In this document: piece by piece, positions 1 through 8,955 of the stretch
Layout of the letters: every line of letters begins with the position of its first letter
Position numbering within the stretch: the first letter of the stretch is position 1
Translations under genes and position numbers: made by a program
The notes under the pieces: model-generated
Database searches by the model: none
What the model was told of the DNA's origin: nothing
The model's input: the letters and a program-made list of their open reading frames with translations, nothing else
Assembly: GCA_036751885.1 (NCBI GenBank)
Contig: DAIOTT010000001.1
Location: 1-40,802 of the forward strand
DNA length: 40,802 bases
Source: Candidatus Sumerlaeota bacterium
GTDB taxonomy: Bacteria > Sumerlaeota > Sumerlaeia > SLMS01 > JAHLLQ01
Direction: 5' to 3'

Positions 1-795
1 GCCGGCGATGTAAACGGCGACGGATTAGCGGACTTATTGGTAGGTGCTTCAAGCGCCAACCCAAGCTTAATTCAAAATGCGGGCATTAGTTACGTTGTAT
101 ACGGTAAAACTAATAGCTCCTCTGTGGACTTAGGAAACTTGGGTGAAGGCGGCTTTCAAATTGATGGAAAGGCAGTGAACAACCTCAGCGGGAACAGTGT
201 TTCAGGCGCCGGTGATGTAAATGGCGATGGGTTGGCTGATGTGATTGTGGGCGCACCAAATGCCGCAGCAAACGGGATTGAAAACTCCGGTGAAAGCTAC
301 GTCATTTTCAGCACGGCAACGCCGCCCATTATTGTAACGTACCGAGCCCGGGCCAAAGCCGGCAACGCCCCACGCCAAGCAATCGGCATCTCCGGCGACG
401 GCAGCAATGACTCCACCCCTGACTCACGGGTGTTTATTGACTTCGCTGATGGCAGCAATATTTCCACCCAAACAGTGAAATTGACCCGCAACAACGCATC
501 CATAAATAACTTGCCTGATGCGGCAAATGTAATGTGGGAAATCTCGACAGACCGCATTGATTGGAGCAGTGCTGAAATAACGCTGCGCTACACGGATGCT
601 GAAATTACAGGGCTGAACGAAGCGGAGCTAATGCTGTACACGGCCCCCGACCCAACCGGCCCTTGGGAGCCTGTCACTCAGTTGGTCAAAGAACCTCAAC
701 GCAACCAGCTTAGCGGCACCGTTACTGCCTTTGGCTACTTCGCCCTTAGCACAAGCCAACCAGCACCCAATACCTCGCAATGGATTTTCTACTAA
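1..795 (+). CDS. FG-GAP (integrin-alpha-like) repeat protein, C-terminal part; the 5' end lies outside the window
   Basis: Frame 1 is open from nt 1 (AGDVNGDGLADLLVGASS...), upstream of the track's TTG at 37. There are two copies of the FG-GAP Ca-binding signature GDVNGDGLAD..VGA, each followed by a ..SYVVYG / ..SYVIFS strand. Stop TAA at 793-795. Confidence 0.8.
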   Translation, partial: AGDVNGDGLADLLVGASSANPSLIQNAGISYVVYGKTNSSSVDLGNLGEGGFQIDGKAVNNLSGNSVSGAGDVNGDGLADVIVGAPNAAANGIENSGESYVIFSTATPPIIVTYRARAKAGNAPRQAIGISGDGSNDSTPDSRVFIDFADGSNISTQTVKLTRNNASINNLPDAANVMWEISTDRIDWSSAEITLRYTDAEITGLNEAELMLYTAPDPTGPWEPVTQLVKEPQRNQLSGTVTAFGYFALSTSQPAPNTSQWIFY

Positions 796-850
796 ATTGG
801 TTGCCCGAATTAATGGGCCGATAAGCAGTTGAGCGCACATTGCAAGGGAC

Positions 851-3800
851 TTACTTCCAATCGCCGGAAAGGTTTATGCCGGCCCAGTATGTGGGGTGAG
901 GGTATTGGTTTTTCGTGGTGAGTTGCGCTTGGCGCAGAGCTTCCGCGCGGTCCATGGTTTCCATATTACGGTAGAAGTGCTTGATCAGGATGGAGGTTGA
1001 TACATCGTCCACCCGCCAAAGGCTGGAGAGCACTTGCCGCGTTCCTGCGTAAACAAAGCTGCGGTTCAGGCCAATAATTTCATCGCCAGAGGTAATTCGC
1101 CCTAGGCCCGTTTGGCAGGCAGAGAGGGCAACCATATCGGCATTCATGCTTAGGCCAAATATATCTGCCGCCGTAAGTACACCATTGTTCAACTCATCGG
1201 GGGCAAGTTGCAACCCAGAGAGGAGTGGCGCCTCGGGCCGGAACTCGCCGTGCATGGCAAGGTGTATGATTCCGTAGTTGCTGATGTTTTCAACCAACCA
1301 ACTTTTTGTTGCCGCTTCACCCGTGAGAACGGTGGCATCAGGAAACGACCACGTGATTCGTTGGGCTTCCTTCTCTGCCATGGGTAGATTGAACCCATCC
1401 TGCGCCAGCTTGGGATTGCCAATTGCAAGAACCTGATTACTGGTGGTGCGCTTTTTCTCCATGGTATAGCGAAGTACACTTGCGCTTGGGCTAAAGTAAA
1501 TGGCCAAAGAATCCAACAGTAGTGATTCGTTTACGCGAAGCACAGCGAAAGGCATTAGGTGCAGTTCGCGGTGGGGAATGATTGCAAGACGTTTGAAGGG
1601 GGACAGGCTACCCGCTACCGGTTGTAAAAGCTGGCTGGAGAGTGTGCGTTGCAATAGGTTTATATCACCCGCCGTTTGCAGGCGTTCGCGCAAGTTCAGG
1701 ATTTGCGTGCTGAGCGTGGAGCGTGCAATTGGCTGGCGGTAAGCTTGTATGCTTTGTTGCGACACAAGGAAGATGATCAGCTCATTTTCCGTGACATGGT
1801 ACTGCAGCACGGCGGTATCAGAATCAAGAAGGGCTTGAATTTGGGAAACTTGAATGGGCTCCACCGAGACGAACGCGCTTAGCTCTGGATTGCGTGCCCT
1901 AAGGGCTAACAGAAAATCGGCGTACTCCTGCCGCGTGTCGTCAAGTTGCTCGGCAATGCGTTGCTCCAACGTGGGATCATCACCACCCTGCTGGCGTTGA
2001 AGGATTTCAATTCGTGACCGAAGGTTTTCCTCACGCCGTAAATCATCTTCATCAGCACCCTCTAATAAATCCACCTTTTGGTTTCCAAGCAAATCAATAA
2101 AGTTTCTCCCTCGGGATTGTTCGCTCACGGAGTACGCCGCTGGCCAATCTCCTTGATCCATACGCAAAAGCACAAGCTCATCATACAGTACTTGCTTATC
2201 AGCTAAAAAGCCCTCTTGAAATTCTGCAAGCTTAAGGGACGCCCTAAGCGTATCAACAACGTTGATGGCTTGCAGCAAATATTCAATCTGCGATGGAACA
2301 TTCCCCAACGCCTTTTCGCATTGTGACAACCCGTACTGCGCTTGCCAAATTACTTCCGGCAGGGGGACTAAGTTGGCTTGGTTTAGGGCAAAGCCAAACT
2401 GTTGCTGGGCTTCGGCAATATTGTTTTGTTCAACTAAAACACGGCCCAAGGCTAAGTGAACTTTTGCTTGGTTAACCGCATCACCAATACTTTGCGTAAG
2501 AACAAGGGCCTGCCTAAAATCTTGGGCCGCAAGGGACAGGTCACCGGCTTCAAGGTACGTAAGCCCCCGGTTGCGCAAGTTGTAGGCTAAAGCCCAATCG
2601 TTATTCCAGCGGGCATCAATTTCAAAGGCGCGGTTAATATCTTCCAACGCTTGGGTGAAATCTTGATCGCTTCGGTAAACGAGGCTTCGGTTATTCAGGG
2701 TTGAGGCAAGATCTTGCTCAAAGAATTGGTCCTCAGCAAACTCTAAGGCTTGGGTATAAGCTTCAAGTGCTTTATCAAGATCGTTCAGCGCCCAGTAAAT
2801 AAGCCCCTCATAGTTTAATGCAATTAGCTGAAATGTATCGTCGCCAATGCGTTGGGCAAGTTGCTGACCTTGTTCTTGATGGTTGAACGCTTTAAGGTAT
2901 TGGCCCTTTGTCCACTCTAAATAACAGAGTGTTAGCAATGCATCGCACTCGTTTGAAAGAAGGCCTTCGGCGCGGGCTTGTTCCAGTACAGATGCAGCGC
3001 TGTCGCTGGCTTCGGAAATCATGCCAAGGCGTTCCTTCACGCGAACAACATCAAGTGCTGAAAGAAGCTCTAGCTCGCGGTTGCCTAAAACTTGGGCAAG
3101 CCGTTGTGCCTCCTGGTACTCAGTAAGCGCTTGGGCGTAGCGGTTTAGGCGGCGGAGATAAATACGGCCCCTGTCACTGTGGAGTTGATAACGTAGGTCG
3201 CTGGAGATCGACTCGGATTCCAGCAACTCGGCCATAATCCCGAGCGCTTGGTTGACTTGCCCTTGGTTTTCACGCACAATCGCCGCCCGCCGCAACATGT
3301 TGAACGCTTCATCAGAGTCACCAAAGCTGCTGAACAATTCAATTGCCTGTTGGTAGCTGGTCGCCGCTTTTTCCCAGGCGCGAACCTCGTTCGCATCCGA
3401 GGCGTAAAGCCGTAGTTGTGTTGCGCGTTCCAAGGTATTATCTTCCCCCTGAAGCGAAAGCAGCAGTTCCTCGTGAATTGGGAGTGCATCCTTTGCTTGG
3501 CCAAGCTCCCGGTAGATTTGCGCAAGCAAACGACCCGATTCCAACTGTTCATTGAGGGTGCTATTTAGGGCGCGGTGTAGTAAATAAACTCGGCGTAATG
3601 GGCCCAATGCTTCACGAGTTTGTCCCTGATTCATTAGGCGAATCACGCGAGCAAGTTCAGCATCAAGCTCCGAGGCGGCAAGCTCCGGTGCATCTTGCGG
3701 ATTAACCAAGTTGGTAAGCCAAACGGAATCGGGTGTTTCAAAGCGTGCCGTGTTGGCCGTTGCAAGCAATGCGGCAAAGGGACGCGGGTTCCCTGTAACG

Positions 3801-6800
3801 TTTGCATAAGTCCACTCGCGAGGCCCCTGTAACAGCGTCAATTGTGTTTCCAAGGGTTTTTCTGCTAAGCGCCAAAACGTGGCATTTTGCGCTTCCACAT
3901 TTAGGGGTGCATCCACCTGAACAGCATCTGCCGTTGAAAGCGTTTGCAGTAATTGCTGACGCGTGGAATCGTTGCGCCACTCAGCAACTTCATTTGAAAT
4001 GCGCAACGGAGTTTGGCTAAGCGCCAACAACGTAAGGCTTAGGGACGGGGATTCCAGTACATGTTCAATGGGCAATTTCTCCCTCGGATTTAACCTGAAA
4101 TCAGAGTGGTAAACAAGCTCCGCCTTAGGGAGTGAATCCAGCAGCTGTTGCTGTGAAGCGTACACTTTTGGCTCACCCGAAGCATCGAATAAAACAAGGG
4201 TGCTGGGAAGGGAAATGATGAGAAGGGGACGCGAGTTTGAAAGAATGAAATCCTGAAGGGTTGCGGCTGCATCGCCGAAAAACTGGAAGGGCGCAAAGCG
4301 AAGCGCCGTCGGGAAAGCAGAGTTAACCCCTTCCTCAAGGTGGTTTGCCAAAAGCTCCTTAGAGCGCTGTAGGCGTTGGTCTCTTGCCGGAGTAAAGGCA
4401 GAGTCTGCCGGTCGAGATTGCAAGGCTAACCGGGCCTGAAGCACTTGGCGTTTGTATTGGTTGAAGTCGTTCAACCACTCTTGCTCCTGCGGGCTGGTGC
4501 TTTGGTTTTGCCAATCCAAGGTTGAGAATTGCAGTCGGTATTCCGCGTGGCGCAGAATTTCACCGGTGCGCAACAGTTCATCAAAATCCCCTACGGCCGC
4601 ACAGTACTCCATGTAACTGGCAAGAGAAGCTTGCAAAAGGGGAATTGCAGAGAGAAATGCAACTGAATTGCTGGTAGCGTGCGTTGCACCAAGCTGATCA
4701 ACCAAGAGCTTTTGCAGATTGCGAACGTTGCCTGCCTCGGCAGTTGAGGTAATCTGCTGAAGCGTTAACCACCACAGCCAATCATCATACCCTTGCTTGG
4801 TAAAGAAGTCCGTTGATTCAGCCACAACTTCCTCTTGTTGAAAGTTAAACCGATTTGCAATACGCACATTAATGCCGTAGGCAAAAAGCATCCATTGTTT
4901 ATCCTGGGCGGATGAACCCAGTTGGGAGCCAAGCTCCAACACGCGGTTTGCGTGAATGAAAGCGCGTGCGGCGTGGGCAGCAGCGCTCACGGAATCAGCG
5001 CTGTTGGATTGTCGTTCAGCAATCAGGGCCCGCTGCAACAACAGGGACAGGCGCTCGGTTTTCAACTCACCCGAAGCAAGTGCCAGCGTAAAGGAGGGTG
5101 CATCCATGAATCGTTGAATCACCTGATCTAGTTGAACAATAAACGGCGTTTGCTGTTTTGGTTGTTCGCTGAGATTGAAGGGCAATTCTTGTAATTGCGC
5201 ATCAGTTAACGATAAACTTACCTCAGCCACACGCATTAGGAAATGGTATGTAGGATCCAGCAAAATTACCGTACCAACTTCAGATGTGTAGTTGGCATTT
5301 TGAAAACCCTCCACTAAATATTCAAGCGCCTTGATCTTATTTCCCGATCGGTGCTCAATCGTTGCAAGCTCATCTAATGTTTGCATCAGCGCCAAAGAAT
5401 CCTGCGGGGCGCTAACAACACGAGTAGAATTCAATAGGTTGAGTTGATCTTGAAGCGAAGTGCGGGCTTCTTCAGGGGATTCAAATTCTGCTTTCAAACG
5501 AGATAAGATGAGCGTAACAAAACGCTTTTCGTCTTCCTTTGATAGATTCACACGCGCGGTTGATTGATCGCTGGATGACAGCTGTAGCGAAACGGAGAAA
5601 AAGCCTCCGCTTTCCTCCTTCGGAATAACCAATGATTCCTGATTCAGTAAATCCAACGCCTGTTGAAGAACCGTAATCGACTTGCCGGCAATTTGGTAAC
5701 GCTGCACGGTTTTCATTCCTCGGGCTAATTGGAACAAGGCAAACCCCTGATTGCGCAGCGCCCTTGCTTGACCCAATGAGTTTGGGTCTGATGCTTCTGC
5801 AACCCCCTGGAACAGCGTGCTTGCCTTCTCAAAGTTCTGGCGAGACAACTCGGCCAACGCTTGCCGATCAATTAATTCTTGATGCAATGTTTCCGCTTGA
5901 GCTTCATGGATAAAACCTCGTTTCGCCATGATGCTGACTTGCTCGGCCGCAGCGACAAATTGTGTGATTGCCAGCTGTTGTTCGTAAGAACGATAAGCAG
6001 TGACACCGTAGTTGCGGTGAAAGAGAAAAGCAGCTCGGGGGTCGTCAAACGGAAGCCCAAGAATGCTGCGCTCGTTGTAGAATTCAAAAGCCCGGGCCGT
6101 GTTGTCTAAAGCGAATGCCATGTTGCCTGCATTTTGCAACAAACGGGCATAATCCAGCGGGCGTTGCACGGAAGAAAGACCAAGTGCCCGCTGATAATTA
6201 TTCAGGGCTAATACAAATTCCTGAACATCCTTATTTTCTCTTCCCCTTGTTTCATTTATAAACCCGAGTGTTTGATAGTAATAAGGAACAGAACTGTTTG
6301 CAGCAATTGCCTGCTCAATTAGGCGTTTTGTTTTTTTAGATGTTGGCTTCGGATAACTTAAAGCCAACCCGTAGCGATAGGAACCCAACCCTTCATCATC
6401 AGAATTCTTTGCCATGTCACTGTACTCGCGAATGCGCTCGCTGGTAAGTAAGCCAAGGCGATTTTCAGATTCAATTAAACCCCGCCATGCTTCCACAGAA
6501 GTGGGAAGCGATTCAGTCATTGCCACAAACTGGCTGTACGCCAAGCGGTTGTCCCCAAGCCGGAGTGAACGATTTGCGCGGCTCAACGCTTGACGCGAAT
6601 ATTTTTCCTTAGTTCGTTCGTACGCATCGCGTTCTTGCTCCCATTCTTCTAAAGGAATAACCCTCAGAATTTTTTGGTACCGTTCCAACGCCTGTTCAAG
6701 CTCATTGATTCCGCTTTCAATTTCCCCCGCCGCAAGCTGAAGTTGAATTTGGTAATCAAGATCAAGTTCAGGATTTACCTGCACAGATTCCAAGAGTTCA

Positions 6801-8407
6801 TTCGTTGAAGTAATGCGCCCTAATGAAGCAAGAATTTTTGCTTCACGGTAGTAGGAATGAAGAAGATAATACTCCCCCGTGTGAAGGCTTCTGTATTGGC
6901 GGATTGCCGCAAGTTTGGCATCAACAATTGTGGTGTTTTGCCCAACTGAATCGTAGAGCTGTTCCATCAATCGGAATCGCGTAATTGGCAGGTAAGCTTG
7001 ATCTAGATTTACAAGTTCTTCAAATTGGCGAATCCCTTGTTGTTGATCAATCTCAATCAGAAGTGGTATAGAATCCAGCAGCACAATGCTACGCAAAAGC
7101 GAAGGCTGCTCAAGCGTAGAAAGCAACTCTTGCTGAAGCTGAATAGAGGCTTGCCGTTGATTCAACCGCAACAAAACAAGGGCTTTCTCGCGCTGCAAAA
7201 GTTTCACTTCAGTTTGATTATTTAGGTTTGTTGCAAAACTCAAAAATTGGTTCAGTTCATTTAATGAATTTTGTAGAATCGTTGTGCGTTCAATTTCATC
7301 AGCAATACCAACTGCTCGTTCTGCATTTAGAACAGCAGCCCAGCGGTTTAGCGTTCTGCTAAAATCTTCATCAATTGTTGTGTTGATGAGTTGTTTGTAT
7401 CGCTGAAGTTCCTCCAACGCTTGGGCTGATCGGTTGCGCTGACGAAGAAACTCCAGCAAAGAAACAATCGCTGTTTTTGATTCCTCCGAATTTGGCGCTG
7501 CAATGCAGGCGTTGCGTACTTGAGCGGTAAATAGGTACAATTCATTTAGGTTTGGTTCGCGGTTTACAGTTAGCTTGGCAAGTGAAGCTGACAAACTTTT
7601 CTCAGTGACAGGGAAGCTTTTTTTCAGTCGATAAATATCTCGGTTTTCTTCTATTTCAAGGGAGAACACAATTTCATCTGCAGCGTAAGAAACATCCCTC
7701 AAGCCAGGCAACGGGGGAGTAATTTGCCGAATCAAAACGCCGTCTTCCTGTTCCCACAAAGAGGGCCAATCGCCACTACGCTCGCTGATTAGTCCGTCCC
7801 CATTTGTATCATCAAGGTAGAGTATTTGGTAACGCATTGGAAACTCCACCGCCGTTGTATTTCTCGGCAAGTTTAGCATTTCCGTTAGATTGTATTTTTC
7901 AATCGTTTCCTGTGATTCTTGATCCCTGGACTTTATTTGAATTTCAAGTTGATCGTTATTTTTTTTCCAGCTGTAAAGCTCCTCGGTAAATATACGCTTA
8001 CCAAGATTTTTGGGTTCACCATTTGGAAATTTAGCAGCCCAAATATCACTCATAATATCAGACCGTTGCGAAGACCACACAAGGGCATTTCCATCCGGTG
8101 AAAAAGCAGGGGAAGAATCAATTGTAGGGTGCGGATAAAGAAGCGAACGTGTAAATCGCTGAGGATCGTTTAAATCAAGCAGCACTAAATCGCCTTGACC
8201 AGAAGCCTCTGTAACAAAAACAAGCCAACGCCCATCAGGGGAAAGAACAGGGCTGTAATCATCTTCAGGAACCGTGGTAATTCGCTCCAGATTACTAGGG
8301 TACATATTCTCCTGTGCAAACGTTTTTTGAGCAAACGAAGCGACAAACGGAAACGTTGAACAGAGGATTGCAAAAGGGAAACTGGGGCGTTTCATTTTGT
8401 ACTCCAT
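851..8407 (-). CDS. Giant exported multidomain protein: signal peptide, TolB-like PD40 beta-propeller repeats, a very long TPR-like helical-repeat region, and a C-terminal CHAT (caspase-like) protease domain
   Basis: 2,518-aa uninterrupted ORF. The N-terminus MKRPSFPFAILCSTFPFVASFAQ is signal-peptide-like. An alternative ATG at 8395 gives an ATGA overlap with the upstream stop. PD40 motifs: SPVLSPDGRWLVFV and SPAFSPDGNALVWSS. A DTNGDGLI Ca-loop-like motif is present. Many TPR-like units occur (e.g. ALNNYQRALGL, AYTQALEFAE, ALEDINRAFEID). The CHAT core is RLAIIPHRELHLMPFAVL ... IIHLAMHGEF ... VALSACQTG, with the His codon at 1250-1252 and the Cys codon at 1115-1117. Confidence 0.85.
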   Translation of the reverse strand: MEYKMKRPSFPFAILCSTFPFVASFAQKTFAQENMYPSNLERITTVPEDDYSPVLSPDGRWLVFVTEASGQGDLVLLDLNDPQRFTRSLLYPHPTIDSSPAFSPDGNALVWSSQRSDIMSDIWAAKFPNGEPKNLGKRIFTEELYSWKKNNDQLEIQIKSRDQESQETIEKYNLTEMLNLPRNTTAVEFPMRYQILYLDDTNGDGLISERSGDWPSLWEQEDGVLIRQITPPLPGLRDVSYAADEIVFSLEIEENRDIYRLKKSFPVTEKSLSASLAKLTVNREPNLNELYLFTAQVRNACIAAPNSEESKTAIVSLLEFLRQRNRSAQALEELQRYKQLINTTIDEDFSRTLNRWAAVLNAERAVGIADEIERTTILQNSLNELNQFLSFATNLNNQTEVKLLQREKALVLLRLNQRQASIQLQQELLSTLEQPSLLRSIVLLDSIPLLIEIDQQQGIRQFEELVNLDQAYLPITRFRLMEQLYDSVGQNTTIVDAKLAAIRQYRSLHTGEYYLLHSYYREAKILASLGRITSTNELLESVQVNPELDLDYQIQLQLAAGEIESGINELEQALERYQKILRVIPLEEWEQERDAYERTKEKYSRQALSRANRSLRLGDNRLAYSQFVAMTESLPTSVEAWRGLIESENRLGLLTSERIREYSDMAKNSDDEGLGSYRYGLALSYPKPTSKKTKRLIEQAIAANSSVPYYYQTLGFINETRGRENKDVQEFVLALNNYQRALGLSSVQRPLDYARLLQNAGNMAFALDNTARAFEFYNERSILGLPFDDPRAAFLFHRNYGVTAYRSYEQQLAITQFVAAAEQVSIMAKRGFIHEAQAETLHQELIDRQALAELSRQNFEKASTLFQGVAEASDPNSLGQARALRNQGFALFQLARGMKTVQRYQIAGKSITVLQQALDLLNQESLVIPKEESGGFFSVSLQLSSSDQSTARVNLSKEDEKRFVTLILSRLKAEFESPEEARTSLQDQLNLLNSTRVVSAPQDSLALMQTLDELATIEHRSGNKIKALEYLVEGFQNANYTSEVGTVILLDPTYHFLMRVAEVSLSLTDAQLQELPFNLSEQPKQQTPFIVQLDQVIQRFMDAPSFTLALASGELKTERLSLLLQRALIAERQSNSADSVSAAAHAARAFIHANRVLELGSQLGSSAQDKQWMLFAYGINVRIANRFNFQQEEVVAESTDFFTKQGYDDWLWWLTLQQITSTAEAGNVRNLQKLLVDQLGATHATSNSVAFLSAIPLLQASLASYMEYCAAVGDFDELLRTGEILRHAEYRLQFSTLDWQNQSTSPQEQEWLNDFNQYKRQVLQARLALQSRPADSAFTPARDQRLQRSKELLANHLEEGVNSAFPTALRFAPFQFFGDAAATLQDFILSNSRPLLIISLPSTLVLFDASGEPKVYASQQQLLDSLPKAELVYHSDFRLNPREKLPIEHVLESPSLSLTLLALSQTPLRISNEVAEWRNDSTRQQLLQTLSTADAVQVDAPLNVEAQNATFWRLAEKPLETQLTLLQGPREWTYANVTGNPRPFAALLATANTARFETPDSVWLTNLVNPQDAPELAASELDAELARVIRLMNQGQTREALGPLRRVYLLHRALNSTLNEQLESGRLLAQIYRELGQAKDALPIHEELLLSLQGEDNTLERATQLRLYASDANEVRAWEKAATSYQQAIELFSSFGDSDEAFNMLRRAAIVRENQGQVNQALGIMAELLESESISSDLRYQLHSDRGRIYLRRLNRYAQALTEYQEAQRLAQVLGNRELELLSALDVVRVKERLGMISEASDSAASVLEQARAEGLLSNECDALLTLCYLEWTKGQYLKAFNHQEQGQQLAQRIGDDTFQLIALNYEGLIYWALNDLDKALEAYTQALEFAEDQFFEQDLASTLNNRSLVYRSDQDFTQALEDINRAFEIDARWNNDWALAYNLRNRGLTYLEAGDLSLAAQDFRQALVLTQSIGDAVNQAKVHLALGRVLVEQNNIAEAQQQFGFALNQANLVPLPEVIWQAQYGLSQCEKALGNVPSQIEYLLQAINVVDTLRASLKLAEFQEGFLADKQVLYDELVLLRMDQGDWPAAYSVSEQSRGRNFIDLLGNQKVDLLEGADEDDLRREENLRSRIEILQRQQGGDDPTLEQRIAEQLDDTRQEYADFLLALRARNPELSAFVSVEPIQVSQIQALLDSDTAVLQYHVTENELIIFLVSQQSIQAYRQPIARSTLSTQILNLRERLQTAGDINLLQRTLSSQLLQPVAGSLSPFKRLAIIPHRELHLMPFAVLRVNESLLLDSLAIYFSPSASVLRYTMEKKRTTSNQVLAIGNPKLAQDGFNLPMAEKEAQRITWSFPDATVLTGEAATKSWLVENISNYGIIHLAMHGEFRPEAPLLSGLQLAPDELNNGVLTAADIFGLSMNADMVALSACQTGLGRITSGDEIIGLNRSFVYAGTRQVLSSLWRVDDVSTSILIKHFYRNMETMDRAEALRQAQLTTKNQYPHPTYWAGINLSGDWK

Positions 8408-8955
8408 GCGCCGTTACGCGCTTGAATGAAAGAACCTATGGGGGCAGCATCTTGATTGATTGTGGCAAACACCCATTGAATTTCGTCCTCCTGATTTTCT
8501 TGCTGGGTGAAAATAGTTTGCTTCAAGCGATTCAACAAAACGGCTCGGTCGTTATTTTCTTCGTCAATTATTTGCTGCACTTGTTCTTGAGTAAGATTTG
8601 TTTGCGAAAGATTTTGCTCACGTTGAACCACCAATCCATTGGCCGCTTCACCCAAAACATTTGTTCGCAAAAGAGCATTTAAATCGTCGGAGTTGTAGCG
8701 GCGATTCTGCAGAGCTGCAAACACTTGTTGTTGGCTTTCCGTAGTTTCTGGTGGCAGTGTAAGGGATCCATCCGGATCAACTCCACGAACACTGCTGTAA
8801 GAGAGAAGCTCCTTCCCTAGTTCCGAGTAATTCCCCAACACTTGATTTTCAAGTGAAGTTTGCTCGCCAATAACCTTAATATTAAGATTCAACAACGGCC
8901 CGCACCCTTGAAGTACGAGGGAAAATACCAAAATAGTGTAAAGAAATTTATTCAT
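8392..8955 (-). CDS. DUF1318 / YdbL-like periplasmic protein with a lipoprotein-type signal peptide; the N-terminal part may be YnbE-like
   Basis: I prefer the ATG at 8955 (MNKFLYTILVFSLVLQGC, signal peptide plus Cys) over the track's upstream start at 9045, which would overlap the preceding gene by about 100 nt. The C-terminal half (EENNDRAVLLNRLKQ ... GSFIQARNGAWSTK) resembles my recollection of E. coli YdbL (..INAERKASYQQLAK ... GEYVQGINGKWVRK). Its start overlaps the upstream stop (ATGAATAA) and its stop overlaps the downstream start (ATGA). Confidence 0.6.
   Translation of the reverse strand: MNKFLYTILVFSLVLQGCGPLLNLNIKVIGEQTSLENQVLGNYSELGKELLSYSSVRGVDPDGSLTLPPETTESQQQVFAALQNRRYNSDDLNALLRTNVLGEAANGLVVQREQNLSQTNLTQEQVQQIIDEENNDRAVLLNRLKQTIFTQQENQEDEIQWVFATINQDAAPIGSFIQARNGAWSTK

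Noticed and set aside
851-8407. CHAT protein as part of a CRISPR type III, CBASS or other anti-phage defence locus
   Set aside because: There are no cas genes, CRISPR repeats, cyclases, TIR/SAVED/effector genes or mobile-element markers anywhere nearby. The protein appears exported and is embedded in envelope genes.
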